Of a DNA stretch of 64,000 bases, positions 1 through 10,501 are shown in pieces. A model generated the notes under the pieces. The model was not told the origin of the DNA, did no database searches, and saw only the letters and a list, made by a program, of their open reading frames with translations. The position numbers and the translations under genes are program-made. Source of the DNA: Sumerlaeia bacterium (lineage in GTDB: Bacteria > Sumerlaeota > Sumerlaeia > SLMS01 > JAHLLQ01); contig JAVJSW010000068.1 in assembly GCA_040219255.1 (NCBI GenBank), positions 128,001 to 192,000 on the forward strand. The letters run 5' to 3'. Position 1 is the first letter of the stretch. Every line of letters begins with the position of its first letter.

Positions 1-343
1 CCAGCCGCCGCGCCTTGCCATCCCAGAGCGCGATATCGACCGCCGAAATCGCCATCGCCGACAAGCCCCCAAGGCCGTTGTTGCGCAGCTTGCCGTGCAT
101 GAGCGCCGAGAGGCGCGGGATGTCGTCGGCGGGCTGGCCCGTGAGAAGCGGCGCCAGCGTGTCGCTGATGACTTGGGCGACGGCGCCGTGGGCGTAGGTC
201 CAGCCCAAGCCAGTCTCTCCCCCGGCGTCGATTTCGACCAGGACCACGGTGGTATGATCCCACACCAGGGTCCCGTCGCTCTCGGCGCCGCCCTGGGTGG
301 GGATGGTGAGGGTTTCGATGCGGAGAGATTCAATGGGTGGCAT
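1..343 (-). CDS. Mandelate racemase/muconate lactonizing enzyme (enolase superfamily), N-terminal part, runs off window start
   Basis: Translated by hand from ATG at 343: MPPIESLRIETLTIPTQGGAESDGTLVWDHTTVVLVEIDAGGETGLGWTY...AMAISAVDIALWDGKARR. The SAVDIALWD motif is typical of the MR/MLE N-terminal domain. Not in the ORF track because it is truncated. Confidence 0.88.
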   Translation of the reverse strand, partial: MPPIESLRIETLTIPTQGGAESDGTLVWDHTTVVLVEIDAGGETGLGWTYAHGAVAQVISDTLAPLLTGQPADDIPRLSALMHGKLRNNGLGGLSAMAISAVDIALWDGKARRL

Positions 344-408
344 GGCGGTAAGCTGGGAAGGTGGAGAGACTTTTCCGCCTGAAGGCGAGACGACGAACGG
401 ACGTGATC

Positions 409-2199
409 TTAGCCCTGCGGCGTGATACCTTCCCACATGGCCTTCACGCTTTGCATGACGATGCCTTTTTGGCGCGAGTCGCCCTGGAGCAGGGCGCTGG
501 CGAAGCTCTTGACCTGCTCGAACTTGATGTGGGGCGGGATGGTCTGCACGTCGGGATCGACAAAGGCCTCAATCAGGGTCGGGCGGTCGGCGTGGAAGGC
601 TTCGTGCCAGGCGCCGGCGATGTCGTCCTTGTTGTCCAGGTAGATGCCCTTGAAGCCCAGCAGCTCGGCGTACTTGGAGTAGCTGATGTCGGGAATGACC
701 TGGGTGGTATCGACGCGCGGGTGGCCTTCCATGACGCGCTGCTCCCAGGAAACCTGGCTCAGATCGCGGTTGTTCAGAACCAGGATTACGAAGCGCGGGT
801 CGTCCCATTGCTTCCAGTACTTCGCCAGGGTCACCAGTTCGCTGTTGCCGCACATCTGCATGGCGCCGTCGCCGACGAGGGCGAGGATCGGGCGATCGGG
901 GAAGCAGAACTTGGCCGCGATGGCATAAGGCACACCCGGCCCCATGGTGGCGAGATTGCCGCTGCCGCTGGCCATCATGCCTTTGCGTAGACGCAAGTCG
1001 CGGCCGTACCAGTTCGAGGCGGTTCCGGTGTCGCAGGCGATGATGACATCGTCGGGGAGCTGCTTGTTCAGTTCCCAATAGATCGCGGCGGGGTTGAGCG
1101 GATTGGCGTCGAGCCCGGCGATGCTCTCGATGGACTTCCACCAGTGATCGATCTGGCCCATCAGCTTCTCCTGCCAGGAGCGGTCTTCCTTGCGGTCGAT
1201 CAGGGGCAGCAGGGCGCGGACCGTTTCCTTGGCGTCGCCGTTGAGGGGGACCTCGGCCGGGTAGCGCATCGAGAGGCGGCGTCCGTCGATGTCGATCTGC
1301 ACGCAACGGGCTTGGCCTTCCTCGGGCAGGAACTCGGCGTAGGGGAAGCTGGTGCCGATCATCAGCAGCGTGTCGCAGTCCTTCATCAGGGTCCAGCTCG
1401 GCTTGGTGCCGAGAAGGCCGATGGAGCCGGTGACGAAGGGAATCTCGTCGGGGATGACGGCTTTGCCGAGCCAGGCCTTGGCGATGCCGGCGCCGAGCTT
1501 GTCGGCCAGTTCGATGACTTCGTCGGCGGCGCCCTGAGCGCCGGCGCCGACCAGCATAGCGACCTTCTTGCCCTCGTTGAGAACCTGGGCCGCACGCACC
1601 AGTTCTTCGCGCGCCGGAACGGTCAGCGGAATGTGATGGCCCACGCCGGTGTAGGAGCACCCGTGCTTGCGGGGGGCTTCCGAGAAATCCTCGTCCTGAA
1701 TGTCGTTCGGTACGATGATGGCCGTGACGGTGCGCTGATCCTTGGCGATGCGGAAGGCGCGATCGACCAGGGAACGGGCCTGGGCCGGGTGCATCAGGGT
1801 CTGCACGAATTCGCTGGCCACGTCCTTATACAACGTTTGCAGGTCGATTTCCTGCTGATAGTCGGTGCCGAGGGAAAAGCGCGCCTGCTGGCCCACGATG
1901 GCGACCACCGGCTGATGGTCCTTCTTGGCGTCGTAGAGACCATTCAGCAGATGCACGGCGCCGGGGCCGCTGGTGGCCAGGCAGACGCCGACTTCGCCGG
2001 TGTATTTCGCGTGGGCACAGGCCATGAAGGCGGCCATTTCCTCGTGCCGGGCCTGCACGAATTCCAGGTGGCCATCCTTGACCGATTGCTCCATCGCGAT
2101 GGTCAAACCATTGATGCCGTCTCCGGGATAACCGTAGATGCGGGTTACGCCCCATTGCAGCATGCGCTTCATCATATATTCGCTGACGTTCTGTGCCAT
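409..2199 (-). CDS. Thiamine pyrophosphate-requiring enzyme, pyruvate oxidase/dehydrogenase (PoxB-like) family
   Basis: YGYPGDGING, QARHEEMAAFMA, TSGPGAVHLLNGLYDA and the TPP motif GDGAMQM...LNN. Start MAQNVS at 2199 has GGAGG upstream. Confidence 0.92.
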   Translation of the reverse strand: MAQNVSEYMMKRMLQWGVTRIYGYPGDGINGLTIAMEQSVKDGHLEFVQARHEEMAAFMACAHAKYTGEVGVCLATSGPGAVHLLNGLYDAKKDHQPVVAIVGQQARFSLGTDYQQEIDLQTLYKDVASEFVQTLMHPAQARSLVDRAFRIAKDQRTVTAIIVPNDIQDEDFSEAPRKHGCSYTGVGHHIPLTVPAREELVRAAQVLNEGKKVAMLVGAGAQGAADEVIELADKLGAGIAKAWLGKAVIPDEIPFVTGSIGLLGTKPSWTLMKDCDTLLMIGTSFPYAEFLPEEGQARCVQIDIDGRRLSMRYPAEVPLNGDAKETVRALLPLIDRKEDRSWQEKLMGQIDHWWKSIESIAGLDANPLNPAAIYWELNKQLPDDVIIACDTGTASNWYGRDLRLRKGMMASGSGNLATMGPGVPYAIAAKFCFPDRPILALVGDGAMQMCGNSELVTLAKYWKQWDDPRFVILVLNNRDLSQVSWEQRVMEGHPRVDTTQVIPDISYSKYAELLGFKGIYLDNKDDIAGAWHEAFHADRPTLIEAFVDPDVQTIPPHIKFEQVKSFASALLQGDSRQKGIVMQSVKAMWEGITPQG

Positions 2200-2324
2200 G
2201 TGTAAGTCCTCCGGAAGTGATCGATAAGGGGTGCTTGGTTGGTGATTGACGGGTGCTTGGGATTGCGGCTTCGCGCCGCGCCGATCTTTCCTGAAAAGGG
2301 CGCAAGAACCAATCCAGGGGCCGG

Positions 2325-5318
2325 TCACGCGGCGCTCATGACCTCGTCGAGGAGTTCGGCGATGTGGAGCGGGCGCCGACCGGTGCCGTCGAGGATCTGC
2401 TTGCGGCAACTGAACCCGTCGGCCAGCAGCAGCGCGTCCTCGGGCGATTCACGCACGGAGGGCAGCAAGTGGCGCTCGCCGACCTGCATGCTGAAGTCGT
2501 GCTTTTCGGCCTCGAAGCCAAAAGCTCCCGCGAGACCGCAGCAACTCGGTTCCGGCTCGGTCGCTTCGATGCCGAGCTGGTCGAGGAGGCGATGGAGCGA
2601 GTCCATGCCGAGGGAGGCTTTCTGGTGGCAGTGGCCGTGGAGGAGCGCCTTGCCGCCGGGCCGGGGCAGCTCGACGTCGTCGTTCGCAAGGAGTTCGGTG
2701 AAGAGGAAGCTGCACTTGGCGAGGCGCTTGGCGTCGAGATCGTGGGGGAAGAGCTTGACCAGTTCGTCGCGGTAAACCGAAACGGTGCTGGGTTCGAGGC
2801 CGACAATAGGAATACCGAGGCGGATTTCTTCCTTCAGGTCGCGGATGACGGCGTGGAGCTGGCGCTGGGCGCGGTTCAACATGCCGAAGTGAATGAGGGG
2901 ACGGACGGCGGGGAGCCGTCTTTTCGGCAATTCCACCCGGTAGCCGAGACGCACCAGGACGTTCTTCGCCGCCCAGAGCGTCCCGGGAAAGAAGTGGTCG
3001 TTATAGATGTCGGGAAAGATCAGGACCCGCTTACCGTCCTCGGGCCCGGCGAAGCGGCCGCCGTGCTCGCGGCGAAAGCGTTGGCGGAAGGTTTCCTTGG
3101 CGAAGCGCGGCACGGAGCGCTCGGTGGTGATGCCGCCGATTTTCTGGAGCAGCGTCGAGAACGGCTTGGTTTGGCCGAAGAAGTTGGCTACGCCCGGGGC
3201 GATGCTGGCGAGGCGGCTCCAGGTGCCGATGAACCCCATGGCGTAATGCGCCCGGGGGCGGATCAGGCCGTAGTGATGGGCCAGGAACTCGGACTTGTAG
3301 GTCGCCATGTCGACGTTCACCGGGCAATCCGTCAGGCAGCCCTTGCAGGAGAGGCAGAGGTCGAGCGTTTCCTTGACCGCTTTGCTTTTCCAGCGGTCCT
3401 TGATGATGCCGCCGTGGATCATTTCGAAGAGGGCGCGGGCGCGGCCCCGGGTCGAGTCCTTCTCGTTCCGGCTGACCTGATAGCTGGGGCACATGAAGGC
3501 GTTGTCTTCGCGGCGGCATTTGCCCACGCCGACGCAGCGCGTGGCGGCGCGCGAGAAACTGCCCTGGTCTTCGGCGTAATCGAAGTACGTGTCGGGCTCC
3601 CAGGGCTGGAATTCCGTGCCCAGTCGCAGGTTTTCGTTGGGCGGCATGGCGTCCACGGCCTTGCCCGGGTTCATTTTGCCCTGCGGGTCCCAGAGCGTCT
3701 TGAACTTGCGGAAGGCCTCCATCAGGCGCGGGCCGTACAGCTCCTCCAGATAGCCGCCGCGGGCCTGGCCGTCGCCGTGCTCGCCCGACATGACGCCGCC
3801 GTACTTTTTCACCAGAGCGACCACGCCCTCGGAGAAGGAGAGGAACGTGTCGATGCCGTGCTTGGTATAGAGATCGAAGGGCAGGCGGCAGTGGACAAGG
3901 CCCTGACCGAAGTGGCCGTAGAGGGCGGCGTCGTATCGGTGCCGATCCATCAGCGCCTGGAATTCGCGCAGGTAGTCGCCGAGGCGCTCCGGCTCGACGG
4001 CGGTGTCTTCCCAGCCCGGCCAGGTGTCGGGGTTGAAGCTGACCCAGGCGGTGGCGGCGAGGCCGGACTCGCGCAGGGTCCAGATGGCTTCCTGCTCGCC
4101 GGGATCGCTGTAGATTTTCGTGAAGGTGGGTTTCGTGCCCTTGGAGTGGGCGAGGACGTCCTCGCAGGCTTCCTGGGCGCGGCGGTCCGCTTCCTCCTGG
4201 GTGTCGCCGCCGAATTCGACGAGCAGCCAGCCTCCGGCGGCGGGCAGTATGGGGCGGTGTTCGGGATGCAGGTGTTTGACCTTCATGTACTCCATCAGGA
4301 GCGAGTCGAGGCCTTCGACGCCCATGGCGCCGCGTCCGACCATTTCGGCGGCGTGATCGCCGCAATCGAAGACCGTGCCGTAACCGAGGACAAGAAGCGA
4401 GCGATTGGGTGGCCGGTGGATCAGGTTCACTTCGGCTTCGAGGAACGTGACGAGGGTTCCTTCGGACCCGGCGAGGGCGCGGGCGACGTTGCAGCCGTTC
4501 TCTGGCAGCAGATCGTCGAGGTTGTAGCCGGAAACGCGGCGGGGGATTTTGGGAAAGAGGCGGCGGATGTCGTCGCCGTATTCGTCGCGGATTTCGCGGA
4601 TGCCGCGATAGATTTCGCCGACCCGGCCTTCTTCACGGCAGAGGCGTTCCAGGTCCTTATCGCTGGTGGGGCCGACGGTGAGGCGCACGCCGTCGTAGGT
4701 GAGGACCTCCATCGACTGCACGTTGTCCGAGGTCCGGCCGCCCATCACGGAGTGAATGCCGCAGGAGTTGTTGCCGATCATGCCGCCGATGGAGCAGTGG
4801 GAGTGGGTGGACGGGTCGGCGCAGAAGAACAGGTCGTGGGGCTTGGCTTGGTCCTGGAGGCGATCGAGGACGCAGCCGGGTTCGACGCGGGCGAGGCGCG
4901 CCGCCGGGTCGATATCGAGGACGTAATGCAGTTCGTTGCTGAAATCGAGCACGACGGCGGCGTTGCAGCCCTGGCCGGCGAGACTGGTGCCGGCGCCCCG
5001 GGTGAGGAGCGGAGCGCCATGGCGATGGGCGATGCGGACGGCCTCGGCGGCGGCTTCTTTGGTGCGTGGGATGACGACCGCGAGGGGGACCTGGCGGTAA
5101 TTCGATCCGTCCGTCGAGTAGATGGCGCGGCGCGTTTCGTCCTGGTGGACGATGGCGTCGATGCCATCGCGCAGGTCGCGGCAGAGGGCGTCGATGTCGG
5201 CTTCGATGGCCGGCCCCGAGCCATGGGTGCGGCCGTTCGGGCTGTAGGGAACGACGTCGCGGGTGGGGCTGCGGCGGATCTGCCTGGAGCTGGGAGGTTG
5301 ATGGTATTTGATGGCCAT
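2325..5318 (-). CDS. FAD-binding / 4Fe-4S oxidoreductase (GlcD+GlcF / YdiJ-like 2-hydroxyacid dehydrogenase)
   Basis: RGAGTSLAGQ FAD motif, SGEHGDG, CVGVGKC...C and CLSCKGC...CP clusters, CCG domain (HGHCHQ, CCGLAGAFG). Start taken as MAIKYH. Confidence 0.92.
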   Translation of the reverse strand: MAIKYHQPPSSRQIRRSPTRDVVPYSPNGRTHGSGPAIEADIDALCRDLRDGIDAIVHQDETRRAIYSTDGSNYRQVPLAVVIPRTKEAAAEAVRIAHRHGAPLLTRGAGTSLAGQGCNAAVVLDFSNELHYVLDIDPAARLARVEPGCVLDRLQDQAKPHDLFFCADPSTHSHCSIGGMIGNNSCGIHSVMGGRTSDNVQSMEVLTYDGVRLTVGPTSDKDLERLCREEGRVGEIYRGIREIRDEYGDDIRRLFPKIPRRVSGYNLDDLLPENGCNVARALAGSEGTLVTFLEAEVNLIHRPPNRSLLVLGYGTVFDCGDHAAEMVGRGAMGVEGLDSLLMEYMKVKHLHPEHRPILPAAGGWLLVEFGGDTQEEADRRAQEACEDVLAHSKGTKPTFTKIYSDPGEQEAIWTLRESGLAATAWVSFNPDTWPGWEDTAVEPERLGDYLREFQALMDRHRYDAALYGHFGQGLVHCRLPFDLYTKHGIDTFLSFSEGVVALVKKYGGVMSGEHGDGQARGGYLEELYGPRLMEAFRKFKTLWDPQGKMNPGKAVDAMPPNENLRLGTEFQPWEPDTYFDYAEDQGSFSRAATRCVGVGKCRREDNAFMCPSYQVSRNEKDSTRGRARALFEMIHGGIIKDRWKSKAVKETLDLCLSCKGCLTDCPVNVDMATYKSEFLAHHYGLIRPRAHYAMGFIGTWSRLASIAPGVANFFGQTKPFSTLLQKIGGITTERSVPRFAKETFRQRFRREHGGRFAGPEDGKRVLIFPDIYNDHFFPGTLWAAKNVLVRLGYRVELPKRRLPAVRPLIHFGMLNRAQRQLHAVIRDLKEEIRLGIPIVGLEPSTVSVYRDELVKLFPHDLDAKRLAKCSFLFTELLANDDVELPRPGGKALLHGHCHQKASLGMDSLHRLLDQLGIEATEPEPSCCGLAGAFGFEAEKHDFSMQVGERHLLPSVRESPEDALLLADGFSCRKQILDGTGRRPLHIAELLDEVMSAA

Positions 5319-5498
5319 GAATGCGCGACCCGGCGGTGAAATGGTGAGGGGCAAGGCTGAATGAGCCGCCGCGCCGGAGAGCTGCGGCGCCGAAGCGGCG
5401 GCTGCGTCCTTCGCACGTTGCAAGGGCGGTTCCAGGGGCTCGGGGGCGGCGGGGGCGGCTCGGCCATTGCGTGGGGCTGAGGGGACAGGAGGCCCATC

Positions 5499-6755
5499 AT
5501 GGCTGTTGTTCCTCAAACCAACGCGTTCGATTCCACCCCGGCGTTGCTCCGGGAAGGCTACCGGTTCGTTTCGAACCGGTGTGAAGCCTTGAATACAGAC
5601 ATCTTCCGCACGCGGCTGATGCTGAAGCAGGCCGTCTGCATGCGGGGCGAGGAAGCGGCGCGCGTGTTCTATGAACCGGGACGGATGACCCGGCGCAAAG
5701 CGATGCCACCGACGGCGCTGATGCTGTTGCAGGATTTCGGCAGCGTTCAGACGCTCGATGGCGAGGCGCACCGCCATCGCAAGGAGATGTTCATGGCGTT
5801 GATGACGCCGGAGAGCATGGGAGCCCTGACGGATGGGGTGGAGGAGACGTGGCGGAGGCGGCTGCGGGATTGCCAGGAAGCCGGGCGGGTTGAGCTGCAT
5901 TGGGAATTCCAATCGATCCTGTGCGAGGCGGTGTGTGCGTGGGCGGGGTTGCCGCTGGACGAGGGGGAACGCGAACGGCGAACGCGTGAGTTCGCCGCCA
6001 TGATCGGCGGTGCGGGAGCCTTCGGGCCGAAGAATTGGCACGCGATGGCGTTGAGGCGGCGGTGCGAGCTATGGACTCGGCGCCAGATCGCGGCCATCCG
6101 CGCGGGGCGGCGGGCGGTTCCGGGGGGCAGTGCGGCGGATCTTGTGGCCGCGCATCAGGACCTGGACGGGCGGCCGCTGGACGAGAAGATCGCGGCGGTG
6201 GAGCTGGTGAATCTGCTGCGGCCGACGGTGGCGGTGGCGCGCTATCTGGTGTTCGTGGCGATGGCGCTGGAGCGCGAACCGGCCGCCCGCGAGAAGCTGC
6301 GGGGGCCCGGCGCGGAGGACTACGAGACGTGGTTCGTGCAGGAAGTGCGGCGCTTCTACCCGTACTTTCCCATCATCGCGGGGCGCGTGCGCGAGCCCTT
6401 CATCTGGCGCGATCACGAATTCGGCAAAGACGACTGGGTGGTGCTGGACCTCTACGGCACGAACCACGACCCGCGGACGTGGGAGGACCCGGACGTCTTC
6501 CGGCCCGAGCGCTTCGCGAATTGGGACGGCAGCCCCTTCGGCCTGATCCCGCAGGGCGGCGGCGACCACCACACGGGGCACCGGTGCGCGGGCGAGTGGG
6601 TGACGATCGAGCTGATGAAGCGGGGCCTGCGGCGGCTGGGGCGCGAGCTGCGTTACCGGGTGCCGGAGCAGGACCTGACGCTGGCGATGTCGCGCATGCC
6701 GGCGATTCCGCCGGGAGGCTTTGTGATCGAGGACGTGCGACCGGCGGAGGATTGA
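5499..6755 (+). CDS. cypC: Cytochrome P450, CYP152 fatty-acid peroxygenase family
   Basis: NLLRPTVAV (Arg-Pro I-helix of peroxygenases), EVRRFYP (ExxR), heme motif QGGGDHHTGHRCAGE; GGAGG RBS. Confidence 0.92.
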   Translation: MAVVPQTNAFDSTPALLREGYRFVSNRCEALNTDIFRTRLMLKQAVCMRGEEAARVFYEPGRMTRRKAMPPTALMLLQDFGSVQTLDGEAHRHRKEMFMALMTPESMGALTDGVEETWRRRLRDCQEAGRVELHWEFQSILCEAVCAWAGLPLDEGERERRTREFAAMIGGAGAFGPKNWHAMALRRRCELWTRRQIAAIRAGRRAVPGGSAADLVAAHQDLDGRPLDEKIAAVELVNLLRPTVAVARYLVFVAMALEREPAAREKLRGPGAEDYETWFVQEVRRFYPYFPIIAGRVREPFIWRDHEFGKDDWVVLDLYGTNHDPRTWEDPDVFRPERFANWDGSPFGLIPQGGGDHHTGHRCAGEWVTIELMKRGLRRLGRELRYRVPEQDLTLAMSRMPAIPPGGFVIEDVRPAED

Positions 6756-7251
6756 GGCGGTGGGGGCGGTTTGAACGAACATGGTGTCGGGTCCCGTGGA
6801 AGAAGATGGGACCATCCCACCACAGGCCGCGCCGTTTGTCCCTTCTTGTCGCACTAAAGGAACAAGAAAGACAAAATACACTAAACAGACAACGGGTGAG
6901 GCGGAGATCGATCGCCGGGCGCCGGGACGAAAAGGGGGGACCATGATTCTTCAAGAAATCGCCGGAGGGGCGCGGCGAACGCACAGATGCTTGGTGCGTT
7001 TGAAGTTGACCGGAATAAACGTCATGCCCCGGATCCTGGCCGGGTGTCTGGGATATTGCAGGCCGTTCTGTTGAGACAGGAGTGGACTCAGCTCAACAGA
7101 CCATCCATTCTTGCGACTCGTTTCGAATGCACACTGTGGAACCTCTGTCCTCGGTGTCCTCTGTGATGAAGGATCGCGGAGGGGAGAGCGAGGGCGAGAG
7201 GACGCAAAGGGCTTGTCTCCCGGGCGGGGGCGGTGCGAACGGTGGGGGGTT

Positions 7252-8268
7252 ATGAGCATCCGGGTCCTTCACATCGGCGATTTCCATTTCTGGCGGTTTC
7301 CGCTCAATCCCGTGCACTACGTGGGCAAGCGCCTGCTGGGGGTGGGGAACCTGGCGGTGCGGCGGGCGCGGTCGTTCCGCATCAGCCGGGCGCCATCGCT
7401 GGTCGAGCGCATCGGCCAGCTGGAGCCGGACTGGGTGGCGCTGAGCGGCGATTTCACGACGACGTCGCTGCCGGGGGAGTTCAGCCGCGCCCGGGTGGCG
7501 TTGAACCCGGTGGTGGCGACGCAGGGCCTGGCGGACCGGGTTCGGGCCGTGCCGGGCAACCATGATCGCTACACGCCCACGGCGACGCGGTCTCTGCGTT
7601 TCGAGGGTACCTTCGCCGACTGGTGCCAGGGCGGGCGCTGGCCCTATATCGAGGACCTGGGCGAAGGGGTGCGGCTTCTGGGCATCGACGCCACGACGCC
7701 AAACGGCATGGGCAGCCACGGCCAGATGACCTCGGAGATCCTGGGGCGGGCGAAGGAATTGTGGGAGGCGCACCGGGACGGGGCGGAAGAGCTTTGGATT
7801 CTGTGCCACTTTCCCGCCGAGGACCCGCCGGGCGCGGTGGCGACGGACCGGGGCATTCAGCTTCGCGGCGCCGGGCCGATGGTCAAATGGGTGGAGGCGC
7901 TGGGCGTTCGGACGTTTTACCTGCACGGGCACCATCATTACCGTTGGCTGTTCACGAGCGAACGGGCGCCGAACCTGACGTATGTGAACGCGGGGGCTCC
8001 GTTCCTGCGCCACGGGCGGATCGAGCCGGACCTGGGTTTGATGGCGCTGGAGCGCGAGGCGGGGGGCCAGACACGGCTGACGCTGCACACCGCCGAGCTG
8101 ATGCAGGGCGCGCAATGGCACACCGCCGAGGTGCCGTTGCCGCGGCCGGGACATTACATCAACCTGCAGAAGGACGCGCGCAAAGTGGCGGAAGAAATGG
8201 CCGAGGGACTGCGCGACAGCGCGACGCTGGGGACGCTGGCGAGCCGGCAGGCGAGTCTGAGCCGATGA
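7252..8268 (+). CDS. Calcineurin-like metallophosphoesterase
   Basis: GDFH, SGDFT, PGNHD, CHFP and HGHHH metal-binding motifs. Start MSIRVLH. Confidence 0.88.
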   Translation: MSIRVLHIGDFHFWRFPLNPVHYVGKRLLGVGNLAVRRARSFRISRAPSLVERIGQLEPDWVALSGDFTTTSLPGEFSRARVALNPVVATQGLADRVRAVPGNHDRYTPTATRSLRFEGTFADWCQGGRWPYIEDLGEGVRLLGIDATTPNGMGSHGQMTSEILGRAKELWEAHRDGAEELWILCHFPAEDPPGAVATDRGIQLRGAGPMVKWVEALGVRTFYLHGHHHYRWLFTSERAPNLTYVNAGAPFLRHGRIEPDLGLMALEREAGGQTRLTLHTAELMQGAQWHTAEVPLPRPGHYINLQKDARKVAEEMAEGLRDSATLGTLASRQASLSR

Positions 8269-8579
8269 GTGTGCTCGGGATGTTCAAACGCAAGCGGGCC
8301 GAGGCGCTGCGCAAGGCCGCGCCGCCGCGCCGCATCCGCATTCACAGCGTGACGCCCCAGCCCGCGGGCGCCGCCCGGCCCGTGTATTTCCGCGTGGCGT
8401 TCGAGTTCCTGGACCCGCCGGGGCCGTGGACGTTGCAGTTTTTCGAGGTCGGCGGCGATCAGGCGTCAACCTTGCAGGGGCTGGAACCGGGGGCGGAAAC
8501 GCGGTTCTGGGAATCGGACGACGAAGCCCGGACGCGCGTGATGGAAACCCCGGAGGGAGAGGCGCTGTGGCCACGATGA
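8265..8579 (+). CDS. Hypothetical protein (104 aa)
   Basis: [13 protein letters not shown]...; ATGA overlaps with both the upstream and downstream genes. Confidence 0.65.
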   Translation: MSVLGMFKRKRAEALRKAAPPRRIRIHSVTPQPAGAARPVYFRVAFEFLDPPGPWTLQFFEVGGDQASTLQGLEPGAETRFWESDDEARTRVMETPEGEALWPR

Positions 8580-10414
8580 AGTCTTTGAGGAACGCGATGC
8601 TGGGATTGGGCCTGGGGGTGCTGATGGGGGCATGGCCGGGGCGGGCGGGGGCGCAGGGGCTGACGGAGCCCATCGTGCTCGACGAGGAACTGGGCAACAG
8701 CTCGGGGGCGCTGGAACTGGTGGTGCGGCGCGGCATGGAAGGGTCGTCCCGGGCGGGGGTCGTTTACGTGGCCTATCGCGTGGGGAACACGATCAACCTC
8801 CAGATCGAAACCGCTGCGGGTTCGGGCGTCTTCAATGGGCCGTTCGTGGTGTCGGACCGGCCGCGAACGCCGAGCAACCTGGACATGGCGGTCGGCTTCG
8901 ATGGCCGGACACACATCGTCTGGCAGGAGCCGAACCCCAACCAGACGGATGTGTTCTACGCCACCACATCGAGCGCCGGTTCCAATCCGAGCGTTCAGGA
9001 GGTCCGCGAATCGGAGGACGTGCCGGAGACCGAGCCGTCGGTGGCGCTGCTGCGCTTCAATGGCACGGAGACGCCCTTTGTGGCCCTGATCGGCAAGGAG
9101 TTCCCCGCGTCGCTGGAAACGGACCGGGACGTTTTGCTGTTCCGGCGGATCAATGGGAGTTCGTTCAATCGGGACCTGAACATCAGCGAAATCCGCGAAG
9201 ACGCCGAGGAACAGACGTTTCTCGAGTCGCGCCCGATTCTCCGCTCGGCCCGCAGCGCCCAAGGTGGTACGACGCTCTATCAGGGCGCCCTGGTTTGGCA
9301 GGAAGGGCAAAAGCTGTACTGCTCCTACCCGAACGCCGCGCTGGAGTTCGCGGACCCGGTCGCGCTCTTTGAGGAAGGATCGGCCGAAACGTCGCGGCGC
9401 CATGTGCTGGCGATCCAGCCTTACTTCCAGACGAACGTGGAGGACGAGTGGGTGGGGCATTTGGCCTACGTTTCGAGCGCGGGGGGAACGGAGCGGGTCA
9501 AATACCTCCAGTTTTCTCCCCTGGCGAAGACAGGGAATTTCGCCATCGAGCCACCCATCGCCGTCGATCCGCTCGCCACGCTGTCGGGGGTCGAGACACT
9601 CAGCATCGGCGTGGAACTGGTGCGCGACATCGAAGACATCTATCGAACGCAAGTCGGCATCGGCGCGATCGCCAGTTTCGGAGGATTCAGCAACGTCCTG
9701 GCCGTTGCCGAGAACCAGGGCGGCTTGTCCTCCCTGTTCGAAGAGCCAGTCATCGGGATTTCCCCCGTCAGCCCGACAGGTTTCGAGTCCGTCGAGCAGC
9801 TTTTCGGTGGCAGCTTTGTCGGCCGTCCGTCGAACTTCCTGGCTTACAGCCCCAACGGCACGGGCGACGAGCAATATCTGCGGGTGGGGTACTTCGACAC
9901 GCCCGGGACGGCGATCCAATACAGTCTGCTGTTGGCCAACGAGCAAGGCCTGCTCACGCCCACTCCAACGCCAACCCCGACCGACACCCCCACTCCGACC
10001 CCGACCCCCACACCGACGATGACCCCGACGGTGACGAACACGCCGACGCCTTCGCCGACCATGACGGATACGCCGACACCGTCTCCGACGATGACCCCAA
10101 CGCCCACGCCCATCCCGACAGTGACCGGGACAGTGACACCAACGCCGACGTCCAATCCGACGGTGACGCCGACGCGCACGCCCCAGCCCACGCCGACGCC
10201 GTTCCCGACGCCAACCGAGACGGCGACTTCCGGGCCGACTCCGACGCCAACCGCAACGCCCACTCCCCCGCCGCCGGGGTTCCTGAGGACGCGTAATCAC
10301 GTGCTGGGCGTGCTGCTGCTGACGGGCGAGGAACTGGAGGAGGCGAACACGAACGATGGCTTGATTCTGGACATCGCGGACATCGTCGCGCACTACGCGG
10401 CGGGCCGGCCGTAG
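8576..10414 (+). CDS. Secreted protein: beta-rich N-terminal domain, Pro/Thr linker, C-terminal dockerin/EF-hand-like tail
   Basis: Signal peptide [26 protein letters not shown]; about 105 aa of (TP)n; tail [16 protein letters not shown]. Confidence 0.85.
   Translation: MKSLRNAMLGLGLGVLMGAWPGRAGAQGLTEPIVLDEELGNSSGALELVVRRGMEGSSRAGVVYVAYRVGNTINLQIETAAGSGVFNGPFVVSDRPRTPSNLDMAVGFDGRTHIVWQEPNPNQTDVFYATTSSAGSNPSVQEVRESEDVPETEPSVALLRFNGTETPFVALIGKEFPASLETDRDVLLFRRINGSSFNRDLNISEIREDAEEQTFLESRPILRSARSAQGGTTLYQGALVWQEGQKLYCSYPNAALEFADPVALFEEGSAETSRRHVLAIQPYFQTNVEDEWVGHLAYVSSAGGTERVKYLQFSPLAKTGNFAIEPPIAVDPLATLSGVETLSIGVELVRDIEDIYRTQVGIGAIASFGGFSNVLAVAENQGGLSSLFEEPVIGISPVSPTGFESVEQLFGGSFVGRPSNFLAYSPNGTGDEQYLRVGYFDTPGTAIQYSLLLANEQGLLTPTPTPTPTDTPTPTPTPTPTMTPTVTNTPTPSPTMTDTPTPSPTMTPTPTPIPTVTGTVTPTPTSNPTVTPTRTPQPTPTPFPTPTETATSGPTPTPTATPTPPPPGFLRTRNHVLGVLLLTGEELEEANTNDGLILDIADIVAHYAAGRP
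9956..10276 (+). repeat. Low-complexity Pro/Thr (TPTP) coding repeat
   Basis: Degenerate ACNCCN hexamer repeats encoding TPTPTPT...PPPP. Confidence 0.9.
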
Positions 10415-10501
10415 GGGGATTTTCCTCGAACCAGGCATGAATAAGGCCGCGCATTCGGGCGTATCGGAATTGCAGGCCCCGAATTCAGAAAGGCGGTCCC
10501 G

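Noticed and set aside
2364-5339. 991-aa plus-strand ORF, and similar long antisense ORFs (13561-16611, 45884-48271, 53409-55781, 55744-58626)
   Set aside because: Antisense shadows of real genes caused by high-GC codon bias; no motifs.
9844-10263. (VG)n-rich minus-strand ORF
   Set aside because: Reverse complement of the Pro/Thr linker.
9956-10276. Repetitive DNA considered as a CRISPR array
   Set aside because: Degenerate hexamer coding repeat; no repeat-spacer structure or cas genes.
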